A DNA stretch of 35,071 bases from Candidatus Harrisonbacteria bacterium CG10_big_fil_rev_8_21_14_0_10_44_23 (lineage in GTDB: Bacteria > Patescibacteriota > Minisyncoccia > UBA6257 > 1-14-0-10-44-23), in NCBI GenBank assembly GCA_002773475.1, contig PFBB01000014.1, forward strand, positions 25,129 to 60,199, written 5' to 3'. The stretch's first letter is position 1. Each line of letters starts with the position of its first letter. The notes under the pieces were generated by a model. That model ran no database searches and was not told where the DNA came from. It saw only the letters and a program-made list of their open reading frames with translations. Both the position numbers and the translations under genes were made by a program. Shown in pieces: positions 31,150 to 35,071 of the stretch.

Positions 31150-33054
31150 TTAAATCCCCAAGATTACCGGAATAACAATCGGTCGCTTTCCGGTTTTCTT
31201 CAGAAGGAAGCGCTCGATTTCTTTGCTCATTTCTTTTTTAAGCACCTCAAAGTTTATCGGCTTTTGGCCCTTCGCATACTGGGCGATAGAGGCCTTTACC
31301 ACTTTTCTAGCCTCGTCCATTAGTCTTTGAGAGTCTCGTAGATAAATAAATCCGCGAGAAATAATATCAATTGATTTCTTTATATCTCCCGTGTTTAAGT
31401 CTAAAGCACTAATAACAACAAAGATTCCGTCCTTGGTTAACGCCTTTCGGTCCCGGATCACAACGTCTTGGATTTCTCCAATCCTTAGTCCATCAACCGC
31501 CATAATGTCCGACGGAGCCTTCGCCTTTAAGATCATCAGTTCTCCCTTTTCGTCAAACTCTAAGATCATTCCATTGTCTGGGATGATTACCTTGTCAGCG
31601 GGAAAACCACTGTCGATAACCGCCTGCGCATGAGAGCGCAACATGGAGTGATATCCATAAGCTGGCATAAAGTACTTCGCGTTAACCTTTTGGTTAATCC
31701 AAAGCAATTCTTCAATGTTTCCGTGTCCGGAGGTGTGAATGTCGGTGGTGTGATAGTTAAAGAAACGCAGACCATAACGAGTCAGGTTGTCTTTAAGCTT
31801 TTGAACTGACATTTCATTTCCAGGAATAATAGAAGAGGAAAGCATGATGGTATCTCGGTCGGTAAGTTGAATAACTTTGTGTTTCTTCGCTGAGATACGC
31901 ATCAATGCTGCAAATTCTTCTCCCTGCGCCCCAGTCGCAATGATTAAGACTTTATTGTCGGGCAATTTTGCCGCTTCTTCTGCGCTAATCAAAAGACCGG
32001 GTTTAAGGTCTAGCCTTCTAGCTTTCTTGGCGATTTCCACGTTCACCTTCATTGATCGTCCTTCGACTACGACGTGGCGTCCGTGTTTTTCTGCTAATTC
32101 AATAATTTTAGTGATTCGAGCAAACTGCGAAGCGAAAGTACCAACAATAATTCGGTACGGCGCTTCTTTAATCAGCTGGTCGATGTTTTTTATCAGAGTG
32201 TGCTCGTCGGTAGAATATCCTTCCTGTTCGGCGTTTGTGGAGTCGCACATAAAGAATATGTTGCGACGGTCGCCAACCTCTCCCCAAACTTTCTCTTCCT
32301 TTTCAGATGGCACTCCATTAAAGTGGTCGAGTTTTAAGTCGCCGCTTACCACGATGTCTCCCACATCGGTCTCCACCGAAAATCCCATAGAGTCGGGGAT
32401 AGAGTGGGTGACCGGAAAAGATCGGATATAGCTTGAACCAATTTTCTTTCTAGTGCCTGCTTCAAATGGAATGTAGGTCAATCTCTTTAATTGAGGAAAC
32501 TCTTCCATCCTCTTTCGCACCAACAACTCAGTAATTTCAGCTGTGTAAATTGGCGGATATCCCAATCGGTCCACAACAAAGGGCAAAGCGCCAATGTGGT
32601 CTAAGTGTCCGTGAGTGATCAAGATCGCTCGGATTTTATTCTTCCGCTCTTCTAGATAGCGGATATTGGGAATAATGTAGTCAACTCCGGGAGTTTCCTC
32701 CTCGGTGACAAACTGAAAACCAACATCAAAGATGAAGATATCATCGTAGGTCTCAACAATTGTCATGTTTTTTCCGACCTCCTCAACACCTCCCAAGGGG
32801 ATAATCCTAATCCGCCCCTTTTCGATAGGAGGGACCTTTGGGTAGTTTTTCTTTCCTAAATAGGGGTTTGTGCTCAAAGCACCGGTCGCTTTCGCGCCCC
32901 CTCTAGATCGACGGTGGTTTCGCTTTCCTAGCGAACTACCCCGACCTCCTCTGGCTGGCGCGCTTTTTCTCGCGGCCGGCCTACTCCCAGTTTGGGAGTG
33001 TCCTTTTGCTGGACTCATCATAAATGTAGAACTAGCTACCTTAATTGGTAGCAA
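31150..33054 (-). CDS. rnj: Ribonuclease J (metallo-beta-lactamase/beta-CASP) with an ~80-aa Arg/Gly/Ser-rich N-terminal extension
   Basis: RIRIIPLGGVEEVGKNMT, the HxHxDH motif (THGHLDHIG) and downstream beta-CASP and C-terminal domains match RNase J. The extension (..SRPAARKSAPARGGRGSSLGKRNHRRSRGGAKA..) precedes the conserved core. The start is uncertain: 33054 or 33021. Confidence 0.88.
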   Translation of the reverse strand: MLPIKVASSTFMMSPAKGHSQTGSRPAARKSAPARGGRGSSLGKRNHRRSRGGAKATGALSTNPYLGKKNYPKVPPIEKGRIRIIPLGGVEEVGKNMTIVETYDDIFIFDVGFQFVTEEETPGVDYIIPNIRYLEERKNKIRAILITHGHLDHIGALPFVVDRLGYPPIYTAEITELLVRKRMEEFPQLKRLTYIPFEAGTRKKIGSSYIRSFPVTHSIPDSMGFSVETDVGDIVVSGDLKLDHFNGVPSEKEEKVWGEVGDRRNIFFMCDSTNAEQEGYSTDEHTLIKNIDQLIKEAPYRIIVGTFASQFARITKIIELAEKHGRHVVVEGRSMKVNVEIAKKARRLDLKPGLLISAEEAAKLPDNKVLIIATGAQGEEFAALMRISAKKHKVIQLTDRDTIMLSSSIIPGNEMSVQKLKDNLTRYGLRFFNYHTTDIHTSGHGNIEELLWINQKVNAKYFMPAYGYHSMLRSHAQAVIDSGFPADKVIIPDNGMILEFDEKGELMILKAKAPSDIMAVDGLRIGEIQDVVIRDRKALTKDGIFVVISALDLNTGDIKKSIDIISRGFIYLRDSQRLMDEARKVVKASIAQYAKGQKPINFEVLKKEMSKEIERFLLKKTGKRPIVIPVILGI

Positions 33055-33260
33055 TAAAAATAAATAATTTTAATTACAATAATTCAAATACGAAGCTCGC
33101 TTCTGTCCCAGGTGTTTGATTTGTGCTTTCGCGGTGGAGAATTAAGTTAAAGACACTATAACACACAATAGATTCACATGCAATAGGCACCAAGGCCTGA
33201 CTAAATGGGGGTTTTCTGCTATCCTTTCTAAACATTGTTATTTATCTACCAAACACAAAT

Positions 33261-33704
33261 ATGAATAAAAAAGGCTTAATTTGGGTGCTAATCATCATTC
33301 TAGTAGTTGTAATCATCTTTTTGCTCGCAAGCTCTACCCTAGAGGAAGAGATCTCCGACGTAAACGTCATAGAAATGTCTGGAGACGAGTTAGTTGTCGA
33401 CCTAGGAGAAACCGACACCAATACTAAAGATGTCAAAGAATTCACCCTAGACGCCAGCAACTTTCAATATTCCTTAAAAGAGATAAAGGTTAACGAGGGA
33501 GATACCGTGCGCATTATGCTAAACAATACTGATGGATTTCACGATATTGTAATCGATGAATTTGCCGTTTCCTCCGGAAGAATTCAGTCTCCCGCCACAA
33601 CTAGCGTAGAATTCATTGCCAACAAGACTGGCACTTTTGAATATTACTGCTCTGTCGGCAACCACCGAGCGCAAGGTATGGTGGGTCAGTTGATTGTGGA
33701 ATAG
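33261..33704 (+). CDS. Membrane-anchored type-1 copper (cupredoxin, plastocyanin/halocyanin-like) protein
   Basis: It has an N-terminal TM/signal anchor. Candidate copper ligands are His in DGFHD and the C-terminal YYCSVGNHRAQGM (Cys-x4-His-x4-Met). Confidence 0.75.
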   Translation: MNKKGLIWVLIIILVVVIIFLLASSTLEEEISDVNVIEMSGDELVVDLGETDTNTKDVKEFTLDASNFQYSLKEIKVNEGDTVRIMLNNTDGFHDIVIDEFAVSSGRIQSPATTSVEFIANKTGTFEYYCSVGNHRAQGMVGQLIVE

Positions 33705-33728
33705 GACCATATTCTCTAATGCGACTTC

Positions 33729-33755
33729 AAAAAGCGCCCGGGCTAGGCGTTTTTT
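33729..33755 (+). terminator. Intrinsic (bidirectional-looking) terminator after the cupredoxin gene
   Basis: AAAAAGCGCC-CGGGCTA-GGCGTTTTTT. Confidence 0.65.
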
Positions 33756-33805
33756 GAAATCTCTCCCTACAAATTTCCTCCTATTTGGGTTAAAGTGTAG
33801 CCAAG

Positions 33806-35071
33806 ATGCAATCTACTCGATTTCTTTGGAAGCTACTTTTCTGGCTTAACTGGGCCATCATCGCCTATTTTTGGTTTCAAGGCTCCGGCTCCGCCTTCCT
33901 CGCCGGCGGTCACCATCGCTTACTTGCTCTCGGACGTCTTGCCGGCCTCTCTGCCGCCTATTTCGTCCTTCTCCAGTTCGTTTATACCGGACGCATTCTT
34001 TGGGTGGAAAGATTTTTCGGCCTAGATCGTCTCTCTCGCGCCCATCAGAGAAACGGCCAACTAGCCATCCTGCTTATCCTTCTCCACCCCATCCTTATCC
34101 TCGTCGCTGGTGCCCAGGCCCGCTCCAGCTCCTTCTTAGCCTACGCCCTAGGGCTCTTCGATCAAAACGACGATCTACTCTCAGCCCTGACCGCCGCCCT
34201 GCTTTTTCTCATAGTGGGCTTACTTTCCTTGGCCATGATCCGACGCCGCTTCAAGTACGAGCTATGGTACTTCATCCATCTCCTTATGTACCTAGCCATC
34301 TTTTTTGCCTATCAGCATCAGTTTGAGTTTGGCTCCACCATTAACTCCAATCAGTTCTTCTATGGCTATTGGCTCCTGCTGTATCTGGTTATCCTAATCA
34401 GCTTCGTCATTTTTCGCTTTCTTCTGCCCCTCTACCGCTTCTTCCAGCATCGCTTTACCATTGCGCGGGTTGAGCCGGAAAGTGATTCTGTGACCTCCGT
34501 CTACATCCATCTACAAAAAGCGGATCGCTTTAAGGTTGAGCCCGGCCAATTCATGATCTTTCGCTTTTTTCAAAAGGGTTTTTGGTATCAAGCCCACCCC
34601 TTTTCTCTTTCCCGGCCCAAAAGCGACGGACAGATTCGCATTAGCGTGAAAAAGCTGGGCGACTTCACTGCAAAAATCCCTCAGCTTCAGCCCGGCACTA
34701 AAGTACTGATTGAAGGCCCCTACGGTCTTTTCACCCAAAGAGCTGCGATCAAAAACAAAACCCTCCTTGTCGCCGGCGGCATTGGCATCACCCCCATCCG
34801 CTCTCTCTACCAAAGCTTGCTCGAGCAAGGCCAAGACGTAATTTTACTCTACGGTGCCCAAAAGGCCTCCGACCTGGTGCTCAAAGAGGAAATTGACACC
34901 CTTTCTGGCCGAGCCTTTTTTATTCTTTCCAAAGAACAGCTACCCGGCTACTTGCACGGGCGCATCGATCTGGAAAAAGTCAAAAAAGTCGCCCCCGACT
35001 ACCAAGAACGCGACATCTACATCTGCGGCCCGGTGCCCATGATTAACTCCCTTTCCTCCAGCCTGCTCTCT
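33806..35071 (+). CDS. NOX/ferric-reductase-family flavocytochrome (FRD transmembrane bis-haem domain + FAD + NAD(P)H domains); 3' end outside the window
   Basis: It is absent from the ORF track because it has no stop in the window. My translation from ATG 33806 is open for 422 codons to the edge: MQSTRFLWKLLFWLNWAIIAYFWF... There are two His pairs with the NOX spacing: HQRNGQLAILLILLH (13 residues between) and HLLMYLAIFFAYQH (12 between). The FAD motif HPFSLS, the NAD(P)H motif VAGGIGITP and the distal YICGP are also present. The listed ORFs 33871..34326(+) and 34511..34834(-) are out-of-frame or antisense shadows. Confidence 0.8.
   Translation, partial: MQSTRFLWKLLFWLNWAIIAYFWFQGSGSAFLAGGHHRLLALGRLAGLSAAYFVLLQFVYTGRILWVERFFGLDRLSRAHQRNGQLAILLILLHPILILVAGAQARSSSFLAYALGLFDQNDDLLSALTAALLFLIVGLLSLAMIRRRFKYELWYFIHLLMYLAIFFAYQHQFEFGSTINSNQFFYGYWLLLYLVILISFVIFRFLLPLYRFFQHRFTIARVEPESDSVTSVYIHLQKADRFKVEPGQFMIFRFFQKGFWYQAHPFSLSRPKSDGQIRISVKKLGDFTAKIPQLQPGTKVLIEGPYGLFTQRAAIKNKTLLVAGGIGITPIRSLYQSLLEQGQDVILLYGAQKASDLVLKEEIDTLSGRAFFILSKEQLPGYLHGRIDLEKVKKVAPDYQERDIYICGPVPMINSLSSSLLS

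Noticed and set aside
33871-34834. Listed ORFs 33871..34326 (+) and 34511..34834 (-)
   Set aside because: Both overlap, out of frame or antisense, the much longer open frame from 33806 to the window edge. That frame carries unambiguous NOX/FRD haem-His, HPFS and GGIGITP motifs. The products of the listed ORFs are Arg/Pro/Ser-rich or featureless.
1-35071. CRISPR arrays, rRNA genes, transposases/IS elements, integrases, reverse transcriptases (retron/DGR), toxin-antitoxin pairs and classical multi-gene defence loci
   Set aside because: I scanned by eye for regularly spaced direct repeats, for DDE/tyrosine-recombinase/RT (YxDD) motifs and for small paired ORFs. None was found. The only repeats are those listed as features.

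Overview
This is a 35-kb stretch of a low-to-moderate G+C bacterial chromosome, tightly packed with housekeeping genes. In order: ileS (5' end cut by the window edge), trpS, secG, an HTH-fused murA-like gene, a stand-alone mreB paralogue, holB, frr, rseP, proS, a complete mreB-mreC-mreD-mrdA rod-shape cluster, tpiA, a prfB lacking domain 1, ftsEX, a VIT-family transporter, corA, an MscS-family channel, a sugar kinase, a SIS-type PGI/PMI, rnj and a cupredoxin. A NOX/ferric-reductase-type flavocytochrome follows; it is missing from the ORF track because it runs off the 3' edge. There are three tRNAs: Leu-CAG, Gly-CCC and Thr-CGU. TGA is used as a stop codon. The short gaps, overlapping stop/start codons, trimmed core proteins, membrane-anchored solute-binding protein and histone-H1-like basic protein fit a small-genome, CPR/Patescibacteria-like organism, but that is inference only. 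I saw no CRISPR array, rRNA, transposase, integrase, reverse transcriptase or recognisable multi-gene defence locus, and most of the window is ordinary core genome. The strongest candidate for something new is a ~1.4-kb compositionally foreign (G+C-rich) island at ~29600-31047. It carries one ParB/Srx-fold protein (NGQHT motif) with its own promoter, structured leader and terminator, plus a ~270-nt highly self-complementary noncoding tail. I cannot assign it to a described system, and it may be only a decayed horizontal-transfer remnant. Other anomalies:
- a second G+C-enriched single gene (DUF2203-like) between two tRNAs, next to the truncated prfB;
- an XRE-HTH::MurA fusion;
- a frameshifted GxxExxY gene bracketed by inverted repeats;
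- a perfect 33-bp palindrome with 11-bp-phased CCCWGGG boxes upstream of corA;
- a recurring AAGCTAAAAGCT intergenic motif;
- an adjacent cupredoxin and bis-haem flavocytochrome pair.
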